A stretch of 64,000 bases of DNA from Bacillota bacterium (GCA_023426935.1 JAEZBR010000071.1:12859-76858), one strand, 5' to 3'; positions 28,961 through 39,440 are shown, counted from the stretch's first letter. Program-made: numbers and translations. Notes: generated by a model from the sequence alone, not told the origin.

Positions 28961-29818
28961 CTATTTTTGTCTATTCCAGAAAAACTTATCCGCTAAGGGA
29001 TATAAATCGGCGAAATCAAATAATTCGATCGAGTGGGTCTTTATCGCTTCATCGGCTAAGTAACCATGTAACCAGACAGCCGCTTTTAAGGCGGTAAAGA
29101 TATCAGAATTGATGCCTAGCATCCCCGTAATCATTCCGGTTAAAAGATCGCCACTACCGGCTCTAGCCAAGGCAGAATTGCCGCTGTGATTGGTATATAA
29201 CTCGCCCTTAGGCGAGATAACTAAGGTTTCATGACCTTTTAAGATTAAATAAACCTGATTGTCTTTCGCATATTCTACGGCAATCTTTTCTTTATCTTGT
29301 GAAATCTTATCGACGGTTAAATTAGTTAAAGCGGAAAACTCGCCTAGATGCGGGGTTAAAATTAAAGGATAACGATGACTATGAAGCAAGTAAGGATCTT
29401 TCGCTAAGATTCTAAGACCTTCGGCGTCGACCACTAAGGGAAGTTCTAGATTCAATAACGATTTCAAATATACTTCTTTGAATGAAAGATTAGTTAAACC
29501 GCTGCCGAAACTCATCGCTTTAACTTTCTTAAATAAACCGGATGGAATAACTTCCGTAGTTAATTTTCCCCCGTCGTCGAAATGATAGACGCAGGTAGGT
29601 TCTTTACCGGCAACTATAGGGTAGATTTCTTTAGGTAAGACTACATGAATGTAAGACGCACCTATTAATCTGGCGCCTAAAATATTCAAACTGCAGGCAC
29701 CAGCCATCCCGGCGGAACCGGCAATCAAAGCGATTACCCCATTATCGAATTTATTCGATTCCGGATTACGAAGCGGATATTGTTGAAAAAACTCTTTAGC
29801 CGTATAGTCATTGGACAT
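28961..29818 (-). CDS. nnrD: ADP-dependent NAD(P)H-hydrate dehydratase (YjeF C-terminal type)
   Basis: Carbohydrate-kinase fold with the AGSGDLLTG motif, ~285 aa. Confidence 0.85.
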   Translation of the reverse strand: MSNDYTAKEFFQQYPLRNPESNKFDNGVIALIAGSAGMAGACSLNILGARLIGASYIHVVLPKEIYPIVAGKEPTCVYHFDDGGKLTTEVIPSGLFKKVKAMSFGSGLTNLSFKEVYLKSLLNLELPLVVDAEGLRILAKDPYLLHSHRYPLILTPHLGEFSALTNLTVDKISQDKEKIAVEYAKDNQVYLILKGHETLVISPKGELYTNHSGNSALARAGSGDLLTGMITGMLGINSDIFTALKAAVWLHGYLADEAIKTHSIELFDFADLYPLADKFFWNRQK

Positions 29819-30006
29819 GAGGGTGCCTCCTAGTATTCTTTCTTTTATTATAGAGGTAAAACACTAAAAGTTTAACTTACTTTTAACCGAAGATGTTTAA
29901 CGATAAAAAAAGAGAATGGTAGAATTCACATAAATAGTATAATGGAAGCAAGAAGAAACCTTAGGTTCAGCGGGTCTTTAGAAGAAAAAGATTCGGGAGG
30001 AAACTT

Positions 30007-32145
30007 ATGATTAAAAATCTGTACAAGGAAGGCTATACCCAGAATCGGGAATTATCCTGGTTGCGTTTTAATGACCGCGTCTTGCAGGAAGCTAATCAGA
30101 AAGAAGTTCCGTTACTCGAAAGAGAGAAATTTATTTCGATTTATTCTTCAAACTTAAAGGAATTTTTTATGATTAGAGTCGGATCTTTAAGCCAAGCCAA
30201 ACAAATCAAGCTTGCTAAGATCGATAATAAATCCGGAATGAACGCGGCCGAACAACTCAAGATGATCTATAAGGCTGTTGGAAAAAGTGTTAATAAAAGA
30301 GACCGGATTTATGCAGAATTAAAGAAGAAATTAGCTAAGGTGGGAATAATTGATCTACAGATTAATGATTGTCATAAAGAAGAAAGAAAATATCTCAAAG
30401 AATATTTTCGCAGCAAGATTAAACCTTTATTATTCCCCCAGATTGTCGATTCTTATCACCCGTTTCCTAACTTAAGAAATGGAATGGTCGTAATCGCAGC
30501 GATGGTTTCTTATAATAATCACAATGCGTTTGTCTTTACCCCTCTGCCGGTATCACTACCACCTTTAATTACCCTGCCAAAAGGGAAGGATTCTCTGGTT
30601 CGGTATGTGCATACCGAAGATCTAATCATGTTTTATCTGAAAGATATCTTTAAAGATTTTAATGTGATGGAAGCATTAAAAATCCAAGTATTAAGAAACG
30701 AAGATGTGAATGTCGATGACGATCTATTCGACGACATTATCGATTACCGTAAGAAGATGCGGAAGGTTTTAAATCTGCGGCAACATCAGTCACCGGTCGC
30801 GTTATTTGTCAGTAAGCCGATGAGTAACGAAATGAAGAAATATCTTTTCGAACACTTGGATCTGGAACCTAAACAAACCTATTTGACCACTTATCCGTTA
30901 GATTCAAGTTTTGGATTTGAACTAGCTCAGTTATTTCCGGAAGCGAGTAATTACTTATATGAACCCTATGTTCCAAAATTATCCGTAAATCTGAACTACC
31001 GTCAGAAATTATTCCCCCAGTTGCTCAAACACGATGTGTTATTAAGCTATCCATATGAGAATATGGAACCGTTATTGTTGCTAGTGAAGGAAGCGGCGGA
31101 TGATCCGAATGTTATTTCCATCAAAATCACAATCTATCGCTTAGCCAAACAAGCCAGATTGGTCGAATATTTATGTCGGGCAGCGGAGAACGGTAAAGAA
31201 GTTATTACTTTAATTGAATTGAAGGCGCGATTTGATGAACAGGTTAACATTGATTATTCCCAAAGGTTGGAAGATGCGGGGTGTACAGTTTTATATGGAT
31301 TCTCAGAGTATAAAGTTCATTCCAAAATTTTACTCATTACTAGGAATTCAAATCATAAGATTCAGCAAGTAGCGCAGATTGCGACCGGAAATTTTAACGA
31401 GAAGACCGCGAAACAATACACCGACTTGGCTTATTTTACGGCTAGACCGGGAATCGTTAAGGATGCGGAAGCGTTCTTCCGCAATATGATGGTTGGCAAA
31501 TTGGATGGTATCTATCAAAATCTTTTAGTTGCGCCTGTTTCCTTAAAGAGTAAACTAATAAAATTGATTGAGCGGGAAACTAACAAGAAAACGAAGGGGA
31601 AGATCGTAATCAAGATTAATTCTTTAACTGATGAAGAGTTAATTTACCATTTAAGTTTAGCCAGTCAGGCCGGCGTCGAAATTAAAATGATTGTTAGAGG
31701 AATCTGTTGTCTATTGCCAGGCATAAAAGGCAAGACCGAGAATATTTCCATCCGGAGTATTGTCGGAAGATACCTGGAACATTCCCGAATCTATGAATTC
31801 GGTAAAGGAAATAGCGAAGTAATGTATATCTCTTCGGCTGACTTCATGACTCGAAACACGGAACGCAGAGTTGAAATTGCCTGTCCGATCTTAGACAAGG
31901 AAATTCGTCAGTACCTCAATAATTATTTGGACTTATGTCTTAAAGATACGGTTAAATCGCGCGCTATCAGTACCAATGGGCATTATGAGCGCTTGAAGGC
32001 AAATGTTGAGATAGATAGCCAGGATTTATTAATGAGAACGACTAAAGGTTCTAAGCAACAATTACCGATTAAAGAAAGTCGCCACTCGAAAGTCATCGGT
32101 GTCTTCGATACGATTTATCAAGAAAAAGAAAAGACAAAAAAATAA
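30007..32145 (+). CDS. ppk1: Polyphosphate kinase 1
   Basis: N-terminal NRELSWLRFNDRVLQEA, two PLD-like HxK regions (YKVHSKILL, LEHSRIY), ~710 aa. Confidence 0.93.
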   Translation: MIKNLYKEGYTQNRELSWLRFNDRVLQEANQKEVPLLEREKFISIYSSNLKEFFMIRVGSLSQAKQIKLAKIDNKSGMNAAEQLKMIYKAVGKSVNKRDRIYAELKKKLAKVGIIDLQINDCHKEERKYLKEYFRSKIKPLLFPQIVDSYHPFPNLRNGMVVIAAMVSYNNHNAFVFTPLPVSLPPLITLPKGKDSLVRYVHTEDLIMFYLKDIFKDFNVMEALKIQVLRNEDVNVDDDLFDDIIDYRKKMRKVLNLRQHQSPVALFVSKPMSNEMKKYLFEHLDLEPKQTYLTTYPLDSSFGFELAQLFPEASNYLYEPYVPKLSVNLNYRQKLFPQLLKHDVLLSYPYENMEPLLLLVKEAADDPNVISIKITIYRLAKQARLVEYLCRAAENGKEVITLIELKARFDEQVNIDYSQRLEDAGCTVLYGFSEYKVHSKILLITRNSNHKIQQVAQIATGNFNEKTAKQYTDLAYFTARPGIVKDAEAFFRNMMVGKLDGIYQNLLVAPVSLKSKLIKLIERETNKKTKGKIVIKINSLTDEELIYHLSLASQAGVEIKMIVRGICCLLPGIKGKTENISIRSIVGRYLEHSRIYEFGKGNSEVMYISSADFMTRNTERRVEIACPILDKEIRQYLNNYLDLCLKDTVKSRAISTNGHYERLKANVEIDSQDLLMRTTKGSKQQLPIKESRHSKVIGVFDTIYQEKEKTKK

Positions 32146-32168
32146 AAAGACGAGATTATCGTCTTTTT
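32145..32168. terminator. Bidirectional terminator between ppk1 and ppk2
   Basis: aaaagacga / tcgtctttt stem, 5-nt loop, A/T runs on both sides. Confidence 0.75.
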
Positions 32169-32172
32169 AAGC

Positions 32173-33039
32173 TTACTTCTTAATTTCTTTCTTCAGTTCT
32201 GTTTTATATTTTGCGAACTCGGCTTTTCTTTCCGGGGTAACTATAGGATAATCGGGTGCCATATCCGTTAAGGTATCTTTTATTACTTCACTGACGATAT
32301 AACGCATATACCACTTATGATCCGCCGGAATCACGTACCAAGGGGATTGCTTGGTTGCGGTTTTATTAATCGCAACTTCGAAAGCATCCTGATAAGCTTT
32401 CCAATATTTGCGTTCTTCATAGTCACCGGCCGAGAACTTCCAATTTTTTTCAGGTTCTTCAATCCGGCTTAAGAAACGATCTGCTTGTTCTTCTGAAGAT
32501 AAATGCAGGAAGAATTTTACGGTTCTCACATTATTATCGTAAAGATAATTTTCGAAGTTAACGATATCGCGATAACGGTTATCGATGATTTTTTCGGGGT
32601 CGATCCGCTTCGCGTTCGCCTGCGTTAAATACAATTGTTTTACTTTACCGATTAAAACATCTTCGTAATGGGAACGATTGAAAATCGCAATTTCACCTTT
32701 AGCCGGAACTTTCGCCGCAATCCGCCAGAGAAAATCATGCGCCAGTTCATCGCTGCTAGGAACTTTAAAAGCACTTTCGTAAACCCCATGCGGGGAAAGA
32801 CAACTCAAGACGGCTCGGATCGTGCCATCCTTACCAGCCGCATCCATCGCTTGGAACAAGAAAATCACACCTTCTTTTTTCTCGGCATATAGTTTCAACT
32901 GTAAGTCGTTGATTATTTTGAGATTCTTCGCCATCAATTCTTCGGCATCTTTACGATTCTTGGCATACTTAAGATCGTCAGTCGCTTCTTTCTTCAAGTC
33001 GAGTTTCTTACTGCCATCGAACAGATAATGTTTGTACAT
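32173..33039 (-). CDS. ppk2: Polyphosphate kinase 2 family (single-domain polyP:nucleotide phosphotransferase)
   Basis: P-loop-like FQAMDAAGKDGTI, FNRSHYEDV lid motif, ~290 aa. Confidence 0.9.
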   Translation of the reverse strand: MYKHYLFDGSKKLDLKKEATDDLKYAKNRKDAEELMAKNLKIINDLQLKLYAEKKEGVIFLFQAMDAAGKDGTIRAVLSCLSPHGVYESAFKVPSSDELAHDFLWRIAAKVPAKGEIAIFNRSHYEDVLIGKVKQLYLTQANAKRIDPEKIIDNRYRDIVNFENYLYDNNVRTVKFFLHLSSEEQADRFLSRIEEPEKNWKFSAGDYEERKYWKAYQDAFEVAINKTATKQSPWYVIPADHKWYMRYIVSEVIKDTLTDMAPDYPIVTPERKAEFAKYKTELKKEIKK

Positions 33040-33053
33040 GATAGTTCCTTTCT

Positions 33054-34130
33054 TTATTCGCCGAAACTGATGCCCAGCATCTTGGTTTCTTTGATGATCG
33101 AAGCATCCGGAGAAACGGTTTTCAACTTCCCGGCGACATCTTTTAACGGAACTTTAATGATTTCGTGATTATGATAACCGACCATGAAACCATACTCCTG
33201 CCTTAGAATTAATCTTCCGGCTTCGGCACCTAAACGGCTGGAAAGAACCCGATCGTAAGGATTGGGGGTTCCGCCTCTTTGGGTATGTCCGGGGACGGTA
33301 ACCCTGACTTCACGCCCGGTCTTCTTTTCAATTTTCTCGGCTAACTCATAAGAGACAGAGGGGAAAATATAATTTTCTAATTTTTTCTGGTATTCTTTCT
33401 TCGTTAATTTTGCATCGGTCTTGGAGATCGCACCTTCCGCTACCGCAAGAATCATGAATCTGCCGCCATTGGTATCTTTAGATTCAATCACTCTGATTAT
33501 TTCTTTTAAATCATAAGGAATCTCCGGAATCAGAATAATATCGGCCCCGCCGGCGATACCCGCATTAAGGGTTAACCAGCCGGTCTTATGACCCATGATT
33601 TCAATAATGAAGACCCGCCCGTGGGAATTGGCGGTAGTGTGAATTTCATCGATAGCACGTGTCGCAATATCCACTGCGGATTGGAAGCCGAAAGTAACAT
33701 CGGTACCCCAAAGATCGTTATCAATGGTCTTAGGCAAGGTAATGACATTTAAGCCTTCTTCACTAAGCAGATTCGCGGTTTTAGTTGATCCGTTACCACC
33801 TAAAACAACTAAACAGTTCAGCTGTAATTTATAATAGACTTGCTTCATCGCCGCAACCTTATCTAAGCCGTTTTCATCTGGTTGCGTAATGGTTTTAAAG
33901 GGCACCCGACTGGTTCCTAAGATCGTTCCGCCTCTAGTCAAGATACCGACGAAATCTTTATAATCAAGTAAATGAAAGTGACTATAGATCAAGCCTTTAA
34001 AGCCATCCTCGAAACCATAAAATTCAACCGGTTCTTTACTGTTGAGCGTGACGGATTTGAAAACGGCACGCATGGTCGCATTCAAAGCCTGGCAATCGCC
34101 ACCGCTAGTCAGCATTCCAACTCGTAACAT
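33054..34130 (-). CDS. pfkA: 6-phosphofructokinase (PFK-A family, atypical donor-site signature)
   Basis: TSGGDCQALN, GGNGS, PKTIDND and MGH motifs. 14-nt spacing to ppk2 downstream. Confidence 0.88.
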   Translation of the reverse strand: MLRVGMLTSGGDCQALNATMRAVFKSVTLNSKEPVEFYGFEDGFKGLIYSHFHLLDYKDFVGILTRGGTILGTSRVPFKTITQPDENGLDKVAAMKQVYYKLQLNCLVVLGGNGSTKTANLLSEEGLNVITLPKTIDNDLWGTDVTFGFQSAVDIATRAIDEIHTTANSHGRVFIIEIMGHKTGWLTLNAGIAGGADIILIPEIPYDLKEIIRVIESKDTNGGRFMILAVAEGAISKTDAKLTKKEYQKKLENYIFPSVSYELAEKIEKKTGREVRVTVPGHTQRGGTPNPYDRVLSSRLGAEAGRLILRQEYGFMVGYHNHEIIKVPLKDVAGKLKTVSPDASIIKETKMLGISFGE

Positions 34131-34370
34131 ATTTTGGTCTCCTTTGTTTAAGTTAATTCTATTATTGATAGATTTTAGAATTTTTACAAGGATTTATCTC
34201 AAAGGGGAAGAAATACTTGATATAATTTTGAATTATTTCACATATCTGTCTTGTATTTTTTCGGTGATATGGTTTAATTGAATCAGAGAATTCAGCACTC
34301 AATTTTAATCTAATAGTTTCACATTAGAAAGGTTGTCAAAGGCAAGAAAACCTTTGGCTAAGGAAACATT

Positions 34371-35594
34371 ATGAGTCTAAAAAAAGCATATTATCGATCA
34401 TTTCAGGCCGTCTTTAATGTCGGTGCCCGTTGTTTAGTTTGGCGTAAGGCAAAAATCGTTGAAGGAGCTGGCAGTATTAACAAAATTCCGGAATTACTGA
34501 ACGGATTAAAGGTTAAAAAACCGTTAGTAGTTACCGATCCAGGTTTAATGAAATGCGGCGTTGCTGAACAAATTCTGACAATTTTGAAGAATGATAAAGT
34601 CGAATATGCGTTATATGATCAAGTTGAAGCTAATCCCTCCACGACGACCGTTATGGCAATCAAGGAATTGTATCTAAGCAGTAATTGCGACAGTATTATC
34701 GCCATCGGCGGCGGTTCGGCGATGGATGCGGCTAAAGGCGCGGGCGTATTAGTGGTTCATCCGGGTAAAGTAATCGGCGATTATGCCGGGTTATTGAAAG
34801 TCGGAAAGAAGATTCCGCCGTTTATTGCGATTCCGACGACCGCCGGAACCGGCAGTGAAACGACTATCGCAGCCGTTATTACCGATAAGACGACCCATCA
34901 TAAATATGCGGTCATGGATCTACATTTAATTCCGTTATATGCGATTTTAGATCCGAACTTAACCGTAGGCTTACCTAAGAAAGTTACTTCAACTACCGGT
35001 ATGGATGCGTTAACGCATGCGGTCGAAGCTTATGTCTGCTGGACCTACAATACCAAAGAGAGCTTAAGATTTGCCGAAGAAGCAACCAAGATTATCTTCG
35101 ATAACTTGGAGAAAGCTTACAATGACGGAACGAATATCGAAGCCAGAATGAATATGCAAATAGCGGCTTATAAAGCCGGATTTGCGTTTACGAGAGCCGG
35201 TGTCGGTAATGTGCATGCGATTGCGCATACTTTAGGCGGGTTATATAATACGCCGCATGGCTTAGCCAACGCGGTAATTCTACCGATCGTTTTGGAAGAT
35301 TATGGGGCAGCCGTATACGATAAACTGGCCAGATTGGCCGAAATTACCGGAACGGCAACCAGCGGAACCAACGAAGAAAAAGCGAAGAAGTTTATTGCGG
35401 AGATCAGAGCGATGAATAAGCGGATGGAGATTCCGACCGGTTTCGATTTTATCCTAGACAAGGACATTCCACAGATGTGCAAGTGGGCCTGTGCCGAGGC
35501 TAACCCAATCTATCCGGTTCCGGTTGTCTTCGATGAGGAACATTTCGCTAAAGTAATCAAGAAAGTTCAAATACCGGCAACGGTACAGAAATAG
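34371..35594 (+). CDS. Iron-containing alcohol dehydrogenase
   Basis: GGGSAMDAAK and the His-rich metal motif (HAIAHTLGG...HG). Confidence 0.85.
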   Translation: MSLKKAYYRSFQAVFNVGARCLVWRKAKIVEGAGSINKIPELLNGLKVKKPLVVTDPGLMKCGVAEQILTILKNDKVEYALYDQVEANPSTTTVMAIKELYLSSNCDSIIAIGGGSAMDAAKGAGVLVVHPGKVIGDYAGLLKVGKKIPPFIAIPTTAGTGSETTIAAVITDKTTHHKYAVMDLHLIPLYAILDPNLTVGLPKKVTSTTGMDALTHAVEAYVCWTYNTKESLRFAEEATKIIFDNLEKAYNDGTNIEARMNMQIAAYKAGFAFTRAGVGNVHAIAHTLGGLYNTPHGLANAVILPIVLEDYGAAVYDKLARLAEITGTATSGTNEEKAKKFIAEIRAMNKRMEIPTGFDFILDKDIPQMCKWACAEANPIYPVPVVFDEEHFAKVIKKVQIPATVQK

Positions 35595-35607
35595 GGAGGC
35601 TTAAAAT

Positions 35608-37026
35608 ATGAGCTATACCAAGGAAGAAATCACGAAGATTGTTGAGGTACAACGGACATATTTCCGTACCGGCGTAACTCTGGATGTTAACTGGCGGATC
35701 GATCAACTTAAAAAATTGAAAGAAGCGATCATTTATTATCAGAAAGAGATTGAAGAAGCGTTACATACCGATTTGGGCAGAACCCCGATGGAAGCGTATC
35801 TTTGCGATATCGGTGATGTTATTCTCGAATTAAATGAGACGATGCATGGACTAAAGAAATGGGCAAAACCTGAGACGCATTACTCTGGTTTACTCTGTTT
35901 CCCCAGTTGGACGACGAAAGTTTATAAGATGCCTTATGGAGTATCGTTAATTATTTCTCCGTTTAACTTCCCAATGTTACTGTCACTAGGAGTGTTAGTA
36001 GCTTCGATTGCCGGAGGGAATACCGCGGTAATCAAATGTTCCTCGAAGTCAGCAGCTTGCACCGAAATAACCAAGAAGATTATTGAACGGGCCTTTAAAG
36101 CAGAATATGCCATCGTAATCGATGGCGGACACGATGTTGCGGATTTCTGCTTAGAAAACCGTTTCGATAAGATTTTCTATACTGGCAGCCCTAATGTCGC
36201 TAAGCATGTTATGACCGAAGCGGCCGTTAACTTGACGCCGGTCGCCTTGGAACTAGGCGGCGAGACAGGTAACTGGTGTGTTATCCGGAAAGATGCGGAT
36301 TTGAAAGATGCCGCGAGAAAAATTGCGTTCTTCAAGATTTTAAATTCCGGACAGATCTGTATCAATATTAACCAAGTAGCCGTAGCCCAAGAAGTTGCTG
36401 ATGAATTTATTACCGATCTAAAATCCGAGATTGTTAGACAGATTGGCAACGATGCAATCAATAATCCCGAGTATCCTAAGATGATTGGCAAAAAAGCCTA
36501 TGATTGGTGCGTAAAGGATGTAGAAATGTATAAAGATCGACTCGTATATGGCGGTAAGGGAAATCCTGAAACGCTTAAATTCCCACCGACGATTCTCTAC
36601 CCAATCAAAATTGACGAAGAAATTGTCCAGAGAGAATTGTTCAATCCGATTTTACCGATCGTTACTTATCCGGATGCTGAAGTCGATAAGCTATTAACAA
36701 CGATTGAAGAAAGAGAACACGGTTTAGCGTTCTATGTCTTCACCAAAGATATCGACTGGGCTAATAAGATTATGGCTACCATGCAGTTTGGCGGTGGCTG
36801 TATCAATGAAGTCATCATGCATCTGATGGTTAAAGGTGTACCGTTCAACGGAACCGGACATTCCGGTATGGGAGCTTATCATGGCGAATGGGGCTTCAGA
36901 GAGTTTACCCATCCTAAGACCGTATTAAAAGGCCATAATAAAGGCAACTTACCTTTACGTGAACATCCGTATACCGGCAAGAAGGCCGAATCTAAGTTTA
37001 AGATCTTGAAGATGATGGAAAAGTAG
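35608..37026 (+). CDS. NAD(P)-dependent aldehyde dehydrogenase (class 3-like)
   Basis: ELGGE catalytic Glu, NSGQIC catalytic Cys, FTGS-type motif (YTGSPNV). Confidence 0.88.
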   Translation: MSYTKEEITKIVEVQRTYFRTGVTLDVNWRIDQLKKLKEAIIYYQKEIEEALHTDLGRTPMEAYLCDIGDVILELNETMHGLKKWAKPETHYSGLLCFPSWTTKVYKMPYGVSLIISPFNFPMLLSLGVLVASIAGGNTAVIKCSSKSAACTEITKKIIERAFKAEYAIVIDGGHDVADFCLENRFDKIFYTGSPNVAKHVMTEAAVNLTPVALELGGETGNWCVIRKDADLKDAARKIAFFKILNSGQICININQVAVAQEVADEFITDLKSEIVRQIGNDAINNPEYPKMIGKKAYDWCVKDVEMYKDRLVYGGKGNPETLKFPPTILYPIKIDEEIVQRELFNPILPIVTYPDAEVDKLLTTIEEREHGLAFYVFTKDIDWANKIMATMQFGGGCINEVIMHLMVKGVPFNGTGHSGMGAYHGEWGFREFTHPKTVLKGHNKGNLPLREHPYTGKKAESKFKILKMMEK

Positions 37027-37033
37027 GAATACT

Positions 37034-37057
37034 AAGGCGGTGTAAAAACCGCCTTTT
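37034..37057 (+). terminator. Rho-independent terminator after the ALDH gene
   Basis: aaggcggt / accgcctt stem followed by TT(A)T. Confidence 0.7.
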
Positions 37058-37203
37058 ATAATCCAAGCGAACATGTCTTTTAGTGTAATATTTTGCGTAA
37101 AAATAACACTAAATTACACATATACTAACCAGCACTTAAAAGAGGTTTAATATAAGAACGAAACGGTTTATAATTAAACTATAATAGAAAGAAAATAAAC
37201 CTT

Positions 37204-37965
37204 ATGAACCTATACTTCAAATTACTAACAAAACCGATTTTCACCGTAGAAGATGTGAATAATCTTTATGGTAATGGTTCGATAGAGACAGCCCGTTCGG
37301 CAATAAAACGCTTAGTAAATAAGGGAATGGTCATTAAGATTCGTAATAATAGGTATACCTGTATAAATGGTGTCGATAAGCAACCCTTTGCGAATCGTTT
37401 TCAGATTGCCAGTAGTCTTACCAAAACGTCCTACGTATCCTTTCATTCCGCAATTGAATTCTATGGCTATACCGATCAGGTTTATTACGAAGTATATGTT
37501 TCTTCCTTAACGAAATTTAATGAATTCGAGTTTGACGGTTATACCTATAAATGTGTCTTAGTAAAGAATCAGTCGGGAGTTGAATTCCGTAACGGAATAA
37601 GGGTCACTGATTTAGAGAAAACGGTGATCGATATTATTTACGGGCTCAATAAGATTGCCGGTTTGGAAGAATCATTCGCAAACATCCAATTGTTACCAAA
37701 ATTAAAAGAGAAGCAATTACTAAAATATCTTCAGGAATATAACAATCAGTTTCTATACCAGAAGACCGGATTCTTATTAGAACCGTTAAAAGAAAGATTA
37801 AACCTATCTGAAGCTTTCTTTATCAACTGCAAAGAACACCTCGGAAAGAGTAAACGGTATTTAGTTAATGACTCAAGAAAGGGAATATACGATAAGCGTT
37901 GGAAACTGATCGTACCGGAAAGTGAATACTATCAAAAGAACGGAGTAATCAATGAAAAAATTTAA
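37204..37965 (+). CDS. AbiEi-family antitoxin / transcriptional regulator (type IV TA, abortive infection)
   Basis: N-terminal winged HTH (FTVEDV...ARSAIKRLVNKGMVIKIRNNRY). Conserved SYVSFHSAIEFYG and VTDLEKTVID blocks typical of COG5340/AbiEi. Confidence 0.8.
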   Translation: MNLYFKLLTKPIFTVEDVNNLYGNGSIETARSAIKRLVNKGMVIKIRNNRYTCINGVDKQPFANRFQIASSLTKTSYVSFHSAIEFYGYTDQVYYEVYVSSLTKFNEFEFDGYTYKCVLVKNQSGVEFRNGIRVTDLEKTVIDIIYGLNKIAGLEESFANIQLLPKLKEKQLLKYLQEYNNQFLYQKTGFLLEPLKERLNLSEAFFINCKEHLGKSKRYLVNDSRKGIYDKRWKLIVPESEYYQKNGVINEKI

Positions 37966-38899
37966 CAAAACTCAATTGAACAAGATCGCCAAGGAACAAG
38001 GATTTGTTCGGGATACTTATGAAAAAGTGCTACGGTTAAAGTACTTTCTGAATTATGTCTATACGGATGAATTTTTGAGTGAACATCTAGCACTGAAAGG
38101 TGGAACTACAATTAATCTAATATTATTAAAGGTTCCAAGATTGTCAGTCGATATCGACTTCGATTTTATACCGAATTGTTCCTTAGCAGAGATGAAAGAA
38201 TTTAGGTATAAGATTACTGAAGTGGTAAACAATAAGATGAAAGAAGATGGTTATACACTTATAACCGATCCAAATTACAGTTTCAGTTTAGATTCCTTCG
38301 GTTACCAATATCTTAATGTCGGTGGTAATAAAGATATCATCAAGATCGAGATCAATTATTCACTTCGATCGCATCTTTTCCCACCGGTAAAAAGGAACTT
38401 ACGCTTTGAAGAAGGTGAAAATGATCCTTTAATTTCGATCTTAGATCCAATCGAAATCTTTGCGGCAAAAATAAATGCGTTACTGGGAAGAACTAAGGCC
38501 CGTGATCTATTGGATTGTGTTAATCTGATCAAGGCGAAGATCTTTACAAACGATCAGTACGATCTATTAAGAAAAGCAGTCATTTTTTATTACTCGATCT
38601 CTCAGAAAGAAGTTAACCCTACTTTCGATTTATCCCCGATAAAATCGATCAGCTACAACACGGTAAAACGCGATCTATTTCCGGTCATGAGAAAGGAAGA
38701 GGTCAATACTTTTGACTTAGTAACCGACAAAGAATTGGTACTTCATTATTTAAAAGATTTATTAGTATTAACCCCATCTGAAAAAGAGTACTTAACTAAA
38801 TTTAAGAATAAAGAATACTACCCTGAATTATTATTTGACGATAAAGAAATAATTGACCGGATCAAGGATCATCCGATGGTACGCTGGAAATTAAAATAA
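37952..38899 (+). CDS. AbiEii/AbiGii-family nucleotidyltransferase toxin (DUF1814)
   Basis: LALKGGTTINL...LSVDIDFDF nucleotidyltransferase motif. 14-nt overlap with the AbiEi gene. Confidence 0.85.
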   Translation: MKKFNKTQLNKIAKEQGFVRDTYEKVLRLKYFLNYVYTDEFLSEHLALKGGTTINLILLKVPRLSVDIDFDFIPNCSLAEMKEFRYKITEVVNNKMKEDGYTLITDPNYSFSLDSFGYQYLNVGGNKDIIKIEINYSLRSHLFPPVKRNLRFEEGENDPLISILDPIEIFAAKINALLGRTKARDLLDCVNLIKAKIFTNDQYDLLRKAVIFYYSISQKEVNPTFDLSPIKSISYNTVKRDLFPVMRKEEVNTFDLVTDKELVLHYLKDLLVLTPSEKEYLTKFKNKEYYPELLFDDKEIIDRIKDHPMVRWKLK

Positions 38900-39042
38900 G
38901 TTTAATCAGTAGACATTTCTTACTTCACCTTCCATGATGTTAAAACGTTAAAATTCGGGTATGGCATCTTTCCGTAGTTTTTAATAATTTATCATTATGA
39001 GTAAGTTTGAATGCTATAACCGCACTTCGAGGATAAAGAGGC

Positions 39043-39398
39043 TTATGTTTTTTTGACTACGATACTTCTCATAATCAGAGATGATCCGAAGTTTAGTTCG
39101 CGGCTTAAATAGTCTAGTATTGCTAGAAGATAGAAGCCTTCACGATACAATCCTTTAGTGAATGGATCAAGCATCTTGTTCTCTTTTAGGGTTATGATAA
39201 TAAAATCCAAATCAACAAGATCTTTAACTGATGGCAAATGGTACTCTTGTATAATTAAAAGTCCATACGATATTCATCACTACTCATTTCCAGTAAACTT
39301 TCCATTGAAACTTCAAAGACCTTGGATATTTTATAAACCGTATCAGTACTGGCATTACCTATCTTGGTTTTACCGCTACAAATGCAAACTAGTATCAT
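39043..39398 (-). pseudogene. Decayed XRE-family regulator (5'-truncated HTH, internal frameshift)
   Basis: ORFs 39255-39398 (GKTKIGNASTDTVYKISKVFEVSMESLLE, the last HTH helices) and 39043-39237 (LYREGFYLLAILDYLSRE) lie in different frames. Together they resemble one ~200-aa XRE-family protein. Confidence 0.45.
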
Positions 39399-39440
39399 AA
39401 ATTTAGACTTCTTAATATAATAGTACCAAGGAGATTTGAC

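Noticed and set aside
39158-39400. 80-aa plus-strand ORF from the ORF track
   Set aside because: It is antisense to the XRE-family pseudogene fragments, has an aromatic-rich nonsense composition and no RBS.
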